Origin: an uncultured Verrucomicrobiae bacterium
GTDB taxonomy: Bacteria; Verrucomicrobiota; Verrucomicrobiia; Chthoniobacterales; UBA10450
Assembly: GCA_963772365.1 (NCBI GenBank)
Contig: CAVYXA010000001.1
Coordinates: 896,001 to 960,000 of the forward strand
Direction of reading: 5' to 3'
DNA: 64,000 nucleotides
Made by a program: the position numbers and the translations under genes. Shown piece after piece: positions 50,180-59,549 of the stretch. The notes beneath the pieces were generated by a model, which made no database searches, was not told where the DNA came from, and saw only the letters and a list, made by a program, of their open reading frames with translations. How positions within the stretch are numbered: the first letter of the stretch is position 1; the number at the start of each line of letters is the position of its first letter.

Positions 50180-51778
50180 TCACTCGCACTCGCATACGAT
50201 CCGAAATCCCAAATCGTTGCAGGAATAATTTGGAGCGTTTGAGCTTCGCACCGTAGTTCGCAGGCTGTGAAAACGTGATTTCCAGCTTCCGCCCCGATAG
50301 ACTCGGCGAGATCCGCTGGTGGGTCCGTGTGGATTGATCTTGGGGGTTCCCTGATAAGCGGCGTAATAATCGAGGCACCACTCCCAGACATTCCCGGCCA
50401 TGTCTTCGATCCCAAATGGGCTCGCTCCGATCGGGAAAGCGCCTACAGGCGAAGTCTCGGCATATCCGTCGTCGATCTCTCGGTCGCTCCAGGCGAATAC
50501 GGTGTTCTTGTCTGCGAAATTGGCCAAATCGCCGCGTCCCTCATAGTTTCCCCATGGAAAACGGCGGCCATCAGTTCCGCGGGCCGCGTACTCCCACTCC
50601 GCTTCCGTGGGCAAACGGTATCTTTTATGTTCCCGGGCACTCAACCATTGGCAGAATTTAATCGCATCCAAGCTGCTAACGTAAACAACCGGATGGCGAT
50701 CGCCTGCTCCCGGCATTCGCTTTTGGGCGTGGCCTGAATCGAAGTTTTCGTAATCTGCATTCGTCACTAGTTGCCGGGACAAATAGAAACCACTGATTGT
50801 GACCTTGGTCACCGGCCGCTCGTTCGGCGGAGAATCAACATCATCACTCCCCATCGCAAACTCTCCCGAGGGAACAAACAGCATCTCAGCGCCCAACGAC
50901 GATTGAAAATTAGAATGGCGCGCCCGCTCCACGTCGGGATTGAATTGAATTTTCCGAATCGGTTTTTCTTCTTCCACCTTGCCTGGAGCGATGTTGGATA
51001 TCTGCGGTCGCGATGCAGCAGCTGGTCGCGAAATGGAGGCCAGAGCTTTCTCGTCAGCCTCTTCGAGGTAAAGATCGACCAAATCCTCGGCTTCGCCGGC
51101 ATCCATGCCGAGGTTCTCAGCCATGTTGATAAGCGCGTCCCGCTGATCGTCAGTCATGGAGTCGCTGTCCAAACCGCTCAGACGCAGCAGTCGAAGAAAT
51201 TCCTCCGAGGAGTTGGAAGGCGGTGCTCCGTTCGAGGTTGCAACTTCCATCTTCGGCTCGGCCGGCTTTGTCCGCTGGATCTTGTGCTCGCTCATTTCAC
51301 CCTCGATGAGCGCCTTCATCTGCTGCTCGCTTAGTCCCCGACTACCCCCAAAATGCAGAAGATTTTTTTCTTCCTGGTCGGAAAGAGAGCCGTGGCCGGT
51401 TGCGAATTTGAAGTATTTTTTAAACTCATCTATCGCCTCTTCCTGTTGTTCTGCCGCAATCTGCTCGTCCAATTTGCGGCGCCGCTCAGGATCGAGAAGT
51501 TCGACCCGCGCCTCAGTTAGATATCGGGATGACTCATCCAAGCCGGCACGGAGCAACTGAGCGAGCGGGTTGCTCGGTTGATTTTTTAGCGGCAGTTTCT
51601 TTTGCCACCAGCGGAGTAATTCTCGACAATGCTCTTCGATCCGTTCGTTGCTCGGATTCGACTTCGGATCGAGGCAAAGACGCTCGTAAAAGTTCGGAGA
51701 GTTATATTTGTTCCAGCCGTCCCATTTCTTAGGATCGTCTGGTAAGGGAATTGGAAAGGTGACCTCGCATTTGGCCAT
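50180..51778 (-). CDS. Degenerate J-domain + helical repeats + FGE-sulfatase (SUMF1-like) domain protein
   Basis: NFYERL...IEEHCREL...EARVELLDPERRRKLD; FAMGS, RLPTEAEWEYAARG, DMAGNVWEW, RGGSW..LGFR. Confidence 0.88.
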   Translation of the reverse strand: MAKCEVTFPIPLPDDPKKWDGWNKYNSPNFYERLCLDPKSNPSNERIEEHCRELLRWWQKKLPLKNQPSNPLAQLLRAGLDESSRYLTEARVELLDPERRRKLDEQIAAEQQEEAIDEFKKYFKFATGHGSLSDQEEKNLLHFGGSRGLSEQQMKALIEGEMSEHKIQRTKPAEPKMEVATSNGAPPSNSSEEFLRLLRLSGLDSDSMTDDQRDALINMAENLGMDAGEAEDLVDLYLEEADEKALASISRPAAASRPQISNIAPGKVEEEKPIRKIQFNPDVERARHSNFQSSLGAEMLFVPSGEFAMGSDDVDSPPNERPVTKVTISGFYLSRQLVTNADYENFDSGHAQKRMPGAGDRHPVVYVSSLDAIKFCQWLSAREHKRYRLPTEAEWEYAARGTDGRRFPWGNYEGRGDLANFADKNTVFAWSDREIDDGYAETSPVGAFPIGASPFGIEDMAGNVWEWCLDYYAAYQGTPKINPHGPTSGSRRVYRGGSWKSRFHSLRTTVRSSNAPNYSCNDLGFRIVCECE

Positions 51779-51779
51779 T

Positions 51780-53342
51780 TTAGTGTACGCTCAGCTCATC
51801 GAGATTAGAGGCAGCCCTGCTTACCTCTTCCGGCGACAGTCCAGTGTTACGCTCGATCGCAACGTGGGCATAATTCCCGCAAGCTTCCACTGAGACTTCA
51901 AGCACTTGATTTGCGTTGTACTGATATGTGAGATCGACGGGCGACCCTTTCGGCAAAAAGGCCGGAAGTTGAATGTGACACACACCTAGTGGCGTGCATT
52001 CTGCCGGCATCGTGCTTTCCCCTTCTACTACACGAACAACCGCGCGCGGCATGTTGGAAGTAGCGGTTCCAAATGAGTTTTTCGCGCTCGCGGGAATGGC
52101 CGTGCGTTTCCTGATCATCGGGAAGACGTACTCTTCGAGGTGTTTTTCATCCCAAAGAACGACGCCAAGTGTATGCGAAGTAATATCGGAAACCTGAATC
52201 AGATGCCCGTCTCGGGAAGAGAACTGCTGCCGAGTGTCATCGGCCAAGACTTTCTCGCCCGATTTCTCTTCTTCTTGCAGCAGGGCAAGGGTCGCCTGAA
52301 TGGCGGCGCCCATTGCCACCGCTTCGTCGGGGTTCACTTCGTCGATAAGCGGCGCGGGACCGAGCTTCGCCACCATTTCGCGCACCATCGGCATACGGGT
52401 CATGCCGCCGACCATTAAAACTTTGTCGATCTGTTCCCATTTCATCTTGGCTTCCTGCATCACGATCTCGCAGATCGTCTTGCATTTCTCCACCAGATGG
52501 CGGCTCAGCTTTTCAAAATCTTTGCGGGTCAAATCCAGTTTCAGGCTCTTCCCGTGATGATGTAGAACAAGCGCGGTGTTGTTTCGGCTCGAAAGCTGAA
52601 TCTTCCCAGCTACGGCGCGAGTCTGCAGATCCTGGTAACTTTGCGGATCCAGGAGCGGGTTTTCGCCATTCTGCCGATCGAATTCTTCCGCCAGGTAATT
52701 GACGATGACGTCATCCCAATCTTTTCCTCCTAATCGATGATCTCCGTTCGTCGCGATGATCTCGAGTTTATGGCCTTCGATCCGCATGATCGTCACGTCG
52801 AAAGTCCCGCCGCCGAGATCGAACACAAAAACGGTTTGGTTCTGATCGATCTTGTCCAAGCCGTAGGCCAGGGCCGCCGCCGTCGGCTCATTCACAAGTT
52901 GGAGAACGTTTAGACCTGCAAGTTGCCCGGCTGTGATTGTCGCCATCCGCTCCGCATCATTGAAATACGCCGGCACGGTGATCACGGCATCAGTCACAGT
53001 TGTTTTGAGATATTTCTCCGCGTCCGCCTTCAGCTTTCTCAAAATCAGCGCAGAGAGTTCCTCGGCTGAATAAATGTTCCCGCCGATTTCGCGATTGAAT
53101 TGCTCCTTCGGTTTGCCCATCTCGCGCTTGACGAAGTCGACGATTCGTTCTGCCTCGGCCACGGAATTGTTTTTGGCCAGAGTGCCCACGATCACGCTGG
53201 TCCCATCAAACAGAATGACCGAGGGCGTAATTCGTTCATTTTCAGAGTTTGGGATAATCTGCGGCTTGCCATAGGGATCAATGTGTGAGACCGCGCAGAA
53301 CGTTGTCCCTAGGTCGATTCCGATTGCTTTGCGTTGAGTCAT
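51780..53342 (-). CDS. Hsp70/DnaK-family paralog lacking the C-terminal lid (520 aa)
   Basis: GIDLGTT, TVPAYF, NEPTAAA, DLGGGTFD, VGGMTRMP, NPDEAVAMGAA. Confidence 0.93.
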   Translation of the reverse strand: MTQRKAIGIDLGTTFCAVSHIDPYGKPQIIPNSENERITPSVILFDGTSVIVGTLAKNNSVAEAERIVDFVKREMGKPKEQFNREIGGNIYSAEELSALILRKLKADAEKYLKTTVTDAVITVPAYFNDAERMATITAGQLAGLNVLQLVNEPTAAALAYGLDKIDQNQTVFVFDLGGGTFDVTIMRIEGHKLEIIATNGDHRLGGKDWDDVIVNYLAEEFDRQNGENPLLDPQSYQDLQTRAVAGKIQLSSRNNTALVLHHHGKSLKLDLTRKDFEKLSRHLVEKCKTICEIVMQEAKMKWEQIDKVLMVGGMTRMPMVREMVAKLGPAPLIDEVNPDEAVAMGAAIQATLALLQEEEKSGEKVLADDTRQQFSSRDGHLIQVSDITSHTLGVVLWDEKHLEEYVFPMIRKRTAIPASAKNSFGTATSNMPRAVVRVVEGESTMPAECTPLGVCHIQLPAFLPKGSPVDLTYQYNANQVLEVSVEACGNYAHVAIERNTGLSPEEVSRAASNLDELSVH

Positions 53343-53511
53343 AAGTGGAGAAAAAAAGATGTCGATCTTAGGCGTGCGCCTCGCATGCTTAGGTGCAACT
53401 TTCGTGCCGTTTGCTCCCGCCATTTCATGCGGAGCATAGCGGAATTTGCCCGGCCGTAGCTGTAAGCGAGTGCTGGAGAAATTCAGCTTTGCCGGTCGGC
53501 AATTTCCAGCG

Positions 53512-54234
53512 CTATCCTGTTTTCTTTGCGATCACTTCTTCGGGGCGAATTACCTTGCCGCGCCAGACAAATCCACGCCTGACCCGCATCACGATGCGCC
53601 CATCATCTTCCGCAAAATCGGCCGGTTCATAACTCATCACGCGATGAACCGCTCGATCGACAAATTCCTTCGGTTCTACTTCTTTGACCCCGAACCGGTG
53701 CAGAATTTCAACCAGCGAATGAATGGCGTTTTGCAGATTGTCTCGCCACCGGCCGACGTTGCCGCGGGTCTTCTTCTCTTCTGCTGCGATTCGCAGTTGC
53801 TCGGCCAGACCGCTCAAGTCGTCAAAGAGCAAGACCAAATCGTGAATGAATGGCTTTTGAAGAGATTCATGAACAAAATTGTCTCGATAACTCAGCAGCT
53901 CCTCATGCAGCGTATCGAAAAGCTTCTGGTTCACCCGCTCGGAACTGCGAATCGCGTTCAATTGCTGCTGCATCTTTTGCAATCCGTCCGACAAATCGGC
54001 CGGCAGTTCCAACGGTCTGCTGGCGGCAAGATTCTCGATCTTTTTAATCAACGTCTGTTCCAAACCCTCCAGCCGCGTGTTTAGGGCCTGGATTTCGTGT
54101 GTCACATGCGAGAAAGCCCGTTCGTCGGTCAGCAACTCCTGGGATTCCATCAAGCTAAGCTTTTGCTCCGCCTCGGCGCTCAATTGTTGCATCGCCGAGG
54201 TGAACTCGTCTGGGGCTGCAATCGGCTTATTCAT
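53512..54234 (-). CDS. grpE: GrpE-like nucleotide exchange factor
   Basis: Long coiled coil, DLVLLFDDL, VDRAVHRV, VRRGFVWRGKVIRPEEV. Confidence 0.85.
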   Translation of the reverse strand: MNKPIAAPDEFTSAMQQLSAEAEQKLSLMESQELLTDERAFSHVTHEIQALNTRLEGLEQTLIKKIENLAASRPLELPADLSDGLQKMQQQLNAIRSSERVNQKLFDTLHEELLSYRDNFVHESLQKPFIHDLVLLFDDLSGLAEQLRIAAEEKKTRGNVGRWRDNLQNAIHSLVEILHRFGVKEVEPKEFVDRAVHRVMSYEPADFAEDDGRIVMRVRRGFVWRGKVIRPEEVIAKKTG

Positions 54235-55759
54235 TCGCCAATTTCCCGACGAGCAGATCACGAATTGCTTCCACCAGTCCGTCGATGTCGTGCCGGCGCG
54301 CCTCCGTGTCCACTTTCAAGCCGTGTTCCCGAGCTGTCTTTGATGTGATCGGCCCAATGCTGGCAACCTGCATCCCTTTCGGCCAGGGCAACCCGAGCCC
54401 GAGAAAATTTTCGACAGTTGAGGAACTCGTGAATGTGATGAGGTCTGCGCCTTCCTCCAATAGACGGCGGCGCGCGCCAGTGATGTCGCGCGTCTCAGGA
54501 ACGGTCCGATAAGCAAAACCTTCGTCCACGATTGCTCCCAAAGCCGAGAGTTCCTTAGAAAGCACGTCCCGCGCCTTTTCCGCGCGCACCAGTAGTATCC
54601 GCAGGTTTTCGATGCTTCCCTCCTTCCGAAACGTCCGCACAACAGCCTCGGCTACAAACTCCTCCGGCTGAAGATCGACATGGAAATGAAAATCCTTCAC
54701 ACGCTGGGCGGTCGCCGGCCCGATCGTGGCAATGCGCGCACTACCGATCTCGCGCGCGTCATCGTAGAGCTTGAAGAAAATTTCGAAAAATGCCTCTACG
54801 CCATTAACGCTGGTAAAAATGATCCAGTCATAGAGATGCGCGTCCTGCACGAGTTCGGCAAACCCGCGCAGATCGCTCGGCTGCTCAATCCGGATTGTGG
54901 GCAATTCAAACACATGCGCGCCCAGAGCGCGCAGTTTGTTGCTCAATACGCCGGCTTGTTTCCGGGTGCGGGTAACCACGATTCGCTTTCCCGAGAGTGG
55001 CCGTTTCTCGTACCAACTTAAGTCTTTCCGCAGCGACACAACTTCGCCGAACACTGCGACGGCCGGTGCTTCGAAACCAAGATCGAGTGCAAGCTGCGAA
55101 ATATTCTCCAGCTTCCCAACAAGTGTCTGCTGCAGTCCGGTCGTGGCCCAACGAACCAGCGCTACAGGCAAATCCGATCGGACGCCATGTTTGAGCATTT
55201 CGTGCGTAATCGCTCCCAGACGCTCCACGCCCATTAACATCACTTGCGTTCCGCCAAGCTTCGACAACGCCGCATAATCAATCGCGCTCTCGCCTTTTGC
55301 GGGATCTTCGTGACCGGTGAAAAACGTCAGGTGTGAGGTGTCCAACCGGTGCGTAACCGGGATTCCCGCATAAGCCGGGCCCGCGATTGCCGATGTAATT
55401 CCCGGAACAATTTCGAATTCAATTCCAGCATCAACAATCGCCTTCGCTTCTTCCGCCCCGCGCCCAAACACAAATGGATCGCCACCTTTCAGGCGCACGA
55501 CATCTTTGCCCGCGCGCGCCTTTTCAACCAGCAAGGCGTTGATCTCATCCTGTTTGAGCGAATGTTCTCCGGCCCGTTTACCCGCGTAAATAATCTCCGC
55601 ATCATCCCGCGTCCAGCCGAGCATCTCCGGGTTCGCCAGTGAGTCGTAAACGATCACGTCTGCCTGTTCGATGTATTCTTTCGCCCGCAATGTGACGAGT
55701 CCCAAGTCTCCAGGCCCGGCGCCGACCAGGAAAACTTTTCCCTTCTTGTTCGTGCTCAT
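54227..55759 (-). CDS. cobA: Uroporphyrinogen-III C-methyltransferase / synthase fusion (CobA-HemD)
   Basis: VGAGPGD, RLKGGDPFVFGRG; HemD part VVTR, FTSVNGV, IGPAT, FTSSSTV. Confidence 0.95.
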   Translation of the reverse strand: MSTNKKGKVFLVGAGPGDLGLVTLRAKEYIEQADVIVYDSLANPEMLGWTRDDAEIIYAGKRAGEHSLKQDEINALLVEKARAGKDVVRLKGGDPFVFGRGAEEAKAIVDAGIEFEIVPGITSAIAGPAYAGIPVTHRLDTSHLTFFTGHEDPAKGESAIDYAALSKLGGTQVMLMGVERLGAITHEMLKHGVRSDLPVALVRWATTGLQQTLVGKLENISQLALDLGFEAPAVAVFGEVVSLRKDLSWYEKRPLSGKRIVVTRTRKQAGVLSNKLRALGAHVFELPTIRIEQPSDLRGFAELVQDAHLYDWIIFTSVNGVEAFFEIFFKLYDDAREIGSARIATIGPATAQRVKDFHFHVDLQPEEFVAEAVVRTFRKEGSIENLRILLVRAEKARDVLSKELSALGAIVDEGFAYRTVPETRDITGARRRLLEEGADLITFTSSSTVENFLGLGLPWPKGMQVASIGPITSKTAREHGLKVDTEARRHDIDGLVEAIRDLLVGKLANE

Positions 55760-56649
55760 GCTCGTAATCGATCTGATAATTGCGTAGCCAAAACCTCGCC
55801 CTGATCGCTGCCGCCTTCCACTTCCGCTTCACGCGGAGCGGCTGATCCATCTGAGAAAAATTGACCGCGAACATTCATGATCCCCTTGTCGATCCGCGCC
55901 AGAACGCCAACTGGCGCATTGCAATCCACATTCAATAATCGCAGGAACTCGCGCTCTGCTCGCAAGCAAAACATCGTCTGGCTGTCATTCACAGGATCGA
56001 CAGCCCGTGTCGCATCTTCATCGTCGGACCTGATTTGAATGGCAATGATCCCCTGCCCGCCCGCCGGCAGAAAAACTTCCTCCGGCAGAATTTCTACCGA
56101 AAAGCCCCCCGGCGAAACGCCAAGTCGCTTCAAGCCAGCTCGGGCAAGGACAATCGCAGCCCAGTCATTCTCCGCCAGCTTGCGCAAACGAGTCGGCACG
56201 TTGCCACGGAGATCAATGACGTCCAAGTCGGGCCGTTTCCAGAGCAGTTGATGTTTGCGACGCACACTGCTCGTCGCGACGGTGGCGCCCCGTGGAACTC
56301 CGGTAAGACCGCCCGGATGTTTCGAGATCAACACATCATTGATCGGTCCACGCGGAAGAACGGCCGCGACCTTTACCTTCTCGCTCGGTTGGCTCGGCAA
56401 ATCTTTGGCACTGTGCACGGCAAGATCGACATCGCCAGCGACCAGCGCCCGTTCGATTTCGGCGGTAAAAAGTCCCTTCCAACCTGCTTTACCATCGACA
56501 ATTTTCGTTCGGTCACCCGTTGTCGCGATGATTTTTCTTTCGATGCGTAGTTCCGGCCGCACCGCTCGGAGCGCCTTCTCAACGAGCTGTGTTTGTGCTA
56601 GAGCCAGCTCGCTTCCGCGCGTTCCGAGGACAATTCGCGGCTGTGTCAT
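55756..56649 (-). CDS. hemC: Hydroxymethylbilane synthase
   Basis: GTRGSELALAQ, AVHSAKD, TSSVRR, RGNVPTRL. Confidence 0.96.
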   Translation of the reverse strand: MTQPRIVLGTRGSELALAQTQLVEKALRAVRPELRIERKIIATTGDRTKIVDGKAGWKGLFTAEIERALVAGDVDLAVHSAKDLPSQPSEKVKVAAVLPRGPINDVLISKHPGGLTGVPRGATVATSSVRRKHQLLWKRPDLDVIDLRGNVPTRLRKLAENDWAAIVLARAGLKRLGVSPGGFSVEILPEEVFLPAGGQGIIAIQIRSDDEDATRAVDPVNDSQTMFCLRAEREFLRLLNVDCNAPVGVLARIDKGIMNVRGQFFSDGSAAPREAEVEGGSDQGEVLATQLSDRLRA

Positions 56650-56660
56650 AGGTTAGCTTC

Positions 56661-56730
56661 TGTAGCGGCGGTCTGTGACCGTCGCAACCATTCCGCCGAC
56701 GTGTCGCGCGACGCTCGCAGAGCGCCTACA
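56661..56730. repeat. GTAG-type REP-like inverted doublet, copy 2; supplies the hemA TAG stop
   Basis: tgtagcggcggtctgtgaccgtcgc ... gcgacgctcgcagagcgcctaca. Confidence 0.75.
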
Positions 56731-57793
56731 ATTCGGACGCGCGCAGCGGATTTTCACCAATCGACGGATGCTCTTCAGCCAACGCGCGTTTCAATCCGAG
56801 CAAAAGTCTTTCGCCAAAATCTTCGACATGCTCCGCGATGATGGCCTCGGCCGCGGCAATCTGCTGCCGTCGCAGAGCGAGCGATTGCTCGGCTACCGAT
56901 TGCAATGAATCGATGTCGTAAAGATAGACGCCATCCATCTCGTTCACTTCTGGATCGACATCCCGAGGCACAGCGATGTCGATAATGAACAACGGGCGGT
57001 CGACCCGATCGCGCAACATTGGACCCAGATTTTCCGATTTGAGCAACGGCGTCTCGGATGATGTCGAGGCAATCAGAATGTCGATCTCGCGGCATTGCGA
57101 TTCCCATCGGTCGAACGGAATCGATCGTCCTCCGACCGCGCGAACCAGTTCCTCAGCACGTTCCCCGGATCGGTTACTAATTCGGAGGTCGCTCACGCCG
57201 CGCGAAACCAGCGTCCGCGCGGTGCGCTCGCTCATCTCGCCCGCTCCGAGGAGCAGCACCTTGCATTGGCTGAGCCTGCCGAAAATCCGTTGGGCCAGAT
57301 CGACAGCGACCGATCCGACCGAGACCAGACCGCGATTGATATCGGTGTGAGTACGAACTTGTTTGGCTACGCGGAACGCACGCTGAAATAAACGATGCAG
57401 ATAAGGGCCGACAGCGCCCGAAAGCCTCGCCGATTCGTAAGCTTTTTTGGTCTGGCCAAGGATCTCGCTTTCCCCGACCACCATCGAATCGAGCCCCGAC
57501 GCAACCCGAAACAGATGCTGGATGCATTTGTCATCTTCGTAGCGATAAAAGGCCGGCGAATACTTGTGCGGATCTAGCTCGATCTCGGAAGCGAGACAAC
57601 GGGCGATATCGTCCGTCGAGACCCGCTTTTCCGCCGCACCATAAACTTCGACTCGGTTACAGGTCGCAAGTACTAACACTTCTGCGCAACCGGTGTTGCG
57701 CAGGACACATTCGGTCTCTGTGCGACTCGAGAACAGCTCGCGCGTTTCGACGTTGGCGGTATGATGGCTCAATCCGACGCAAAAAATATTCAT
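56726..57793 (-). CDS. hemA: Glutamyl-tRNA reductase
   Basis: GLSHHTA, TCNRVE, SGLDSMVVGESEILGQ, GAGEM, DIAVPRD. Confidence 0.96.
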   Translation of the reverse strand: MNIFCVGLSHHTANVETRELFSSRTETECVLRNTGCAEVLVLATCNRVEVYGAAEKRVSTDDIARCLASEIELDPHKYSPAFYRYEDDKCIQHLFRVASGLDSMVVGESEILGQTKKAYESARLSGAVGPYLHRLFQRAFRVAKQVRTHTDINRGLVSVGSVAVDLAQRIFGRLSQCKVLLLGAGEMSERTARTLVSRGVSDLRISNRSGERAEELVRAVGGRSIPFDRWESQCREIDILIASTSSETPLLKSENLGPMLRDRVDRPLFIIDIAVPRDVDPEVNEMDGVYLYDIDSLQSVAEQSLALRRQQIAAAEAIIAEHVEDFGERLLLGLKRALAEEHPSIGENPLRASEL

Positions 57794-58584
57794 GGCATCG
57801 GATGTGTTTGGGCGGAGAAGGAAATGCCCCACAGGAGAGTGAGCGCCAAACCAAATCCCAGGATACATAGCGTAGCCACGCGGGTCGGCGCGAACTGTCG
57901 CAAATGTCTGCCTTGCAGAATCAAGGCGTAAAGCAACCAAACGCCGATCGCAGCCCACACTTGCACACCTGGCAGAGGCCGCCCCGTAAAAAAACCGGTC
58001 ACGATTCCGAGAGTGTAGAGCGCGAAACCAAGCCAGAGCAGCCGGGTAATCGCGGCGTAAAGATCCGCCAGGGGCGGCAAGTGATAAAACAGAGAATGCA
58101 GGTGGTGAGTTTTAAGCTGACGTTCCTGGACGAGATACATCACTCCGGCGATGCAGGCCAGACCAAACGCGCCGTAGGCGATGATCGAAATGGATGCATG
58201 AAGTTCCAGCCACGAACTCGGTTTCACGGTTACCGTTTGGGGCACGTCGATTGGCGCGATGAGCGCGAAACCTTGCAGCAAAAAAACAAGCGGAGCCGTA
58301 AATGCACCCATCAGCGAAAGGCGGTAGGTCGGTCCGACGAGCATGTAAATGAGCGCAATCGACCACGCCAGAAAAATGAATACCTCAAACAGATTTGTTA
58401 GCGGGCAACGCCCGACCGCATGACCACGGACAGTGAGGAATGCCGTTTGAAAAATGAATCCCAGACCCACGGCGAAAAAACTAAATCGCCCCGGCCGAAA
58501 TACACTGTCCCGCAACGAGAATGCCGTTCGAATAACAGCCGCGAGAAAACAGACTGTCGAGACGATGAGAAGATTTCGATCCAC
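57790..58584 (-). CDS. ccsA: Cytochrome c assembly family membrane protein (CcsA/HemX-like)
   Basis: CPLTNLFE, WLELHA, MYLVQERQLK; about 8 TM; overlaps the hemA start. Confidence 0.85.
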   Translation of the reverse strand: MDRNLLIVSTVCFLAAVIRTAFSLRDSVFRPGRFSFFAVGLGFIFQTAFLTVRGHAVGRCPLTNLFEVFIFLAWSIALIYMLVGPTYRLSLMGAFTAPLVFLLQGFALIAPIDVPQTVTVKPSSWLELHASISIIAYGAFGLACIAGVMYLVQERQLKTHHLHSLFYHLPPLADLYAAITRLLWLGFALYTLGIVTGFFTGRPLPGVQVWAAIGVWLLYALILQGRHLRQFAPTRVATLCILGFGLALTLLWGISFSAQTHPMP

Positions 58585-58679
58585 CGGAAGCTGAGTCTAA
58601 ATTCCCGAAGGACAGTTGGCAATCCTCTGCGCGAAAAGACGAACTCTGGCTGGCGAACTTTAAGGCTCGCTTCCGGGCG

Positions 58680-58707
58680 TTGACCTTTCTAAACCGCGCG
58701 ATAGCAT
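58680..58707 (+). promoter_or_regulatory. Sigma-70-like promoter of apt (likely leaderless mRNA)
   Basis: TTGACC-N16-TAGCAT ending 8 nt before the ATG; no SD. Confidence 0.5.
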
Positions 58708-58715
58708 CGCGCTGA

Positions 58716-59243
58716 ATGAGCTACGATTTGGAAAGATTACGGGCGGGAGTTCGCGATGTGCCCGATTTTCCGAAAAAGGGAATCGTCTTCAAAGATATCA
58801 CCCCGATCCTGAGCGACGGCGCATTGTTTAAAGCCTCGATCGATGTTTTTGTCGAGAGTTGCCGGGGAAAGAAGATCGACAAAATTGTCGGAATTGATGC
58901 TCGGGGATTTTTGTTCGGATCGGCTGTGGCCTATCAACTCGGCGTCGGTTTTGTCCCGATCCGTAAGCGCGGCAAACTCCCGTTCAAAACTGAGATAGCG
59001 AAATATTCACTGGAATATGGCGAGGCCGAAATGGAAATGCATATCGACGCCATGATTCCCGGCGAACAGATTGTGCTGGTCGATGACTTGCTCGCCACGG
59101 GCGGGACTTCGGCCGCGGCGGCTGCGCTCATCAAAAAAGTGGGCGGCGAATTAATCGAAGCGCAGTTTCTGATCGAATTGGAATTTCTGCACGGCCGAAA
59201 GCGGCTTGGCGCTACGCCTGTGGTTTCTTTCCTGAAGTACTGA
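58716..59243 (+). CDS. apt: Adenine phosphoribosyltransferase
   Basis: PDFPKKGIVFKDITP, ARGF, YSLEYG, VDDLLATGGT. Confidence 0.97.
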   Translation: MSYDLERLRAGVRDVPDFPKKGIVFKDITPILSDGALFKASIDVFVESCRGKKIDKIVGIDARGFLFGSAVAYQLGVGFVPIRKRGKLPFKTEIAKYSLEYGEAEMEMHIDAMIPGEQIVLVDDLLATGGTSAAAAALIKKVGGELIEAQFLIELEFLHGRKRLGATPVVSFLKY

Positions 59244-59309
59244 TTGCCTGCGATTAACGAAACCAGCAGACTGCTCGAATCCGATTCCAAAGGGAAGGAG
59301 TATGTCATC

Positions 59310-59516
59310 ATGGCCAAAATCGTAAAAGTCATCGAGATCATGTCGGAATCGCCCAACAGTTGGGAGGAAGCCGTTCAAAATGTCGTATCCGAAGCGTCCA
59401 AAACGCTCCGCAATATTCGATCCGTCTGGGTCAAAGAGTTCACCGTCTCGGTCGAGAACGAGAAAGTGACCAGTTATCGAGTCGCCGCAAAAGTGACCTT
59501 CGAGATGGAACGCTAA
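59310..59516 (+). CDS. Dodecin family flavin-binding protein
   Basis: KVIEIMSESPNSWEEAVQN...YRV..KVTF; AGGAG SD. Confidence 0.92.
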   Translation: MAKIVKVIEIMSESPNSWEEAVQNVVSEASKTLRNIRSVWVKEFTVSVENEKVTSYRVAAKVTFEMER

Positions 59517-59549
59517 GGTCTCCTCTCCCTCCTCACCCTGATTCGCGCC

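Noticed and set aside
50180..50320. FGE-sulfatase C-terminus as a diversity-generating retroelement target
   Set aside because: No reverse transcriptase gene and no template repeat seen in the window.
53512..58584. Chaperone triad acting in heme biosynthesis
   Set aside because: grpE overlaps the cobA-hemD stop, but co-transcription alone does not support a functional link.
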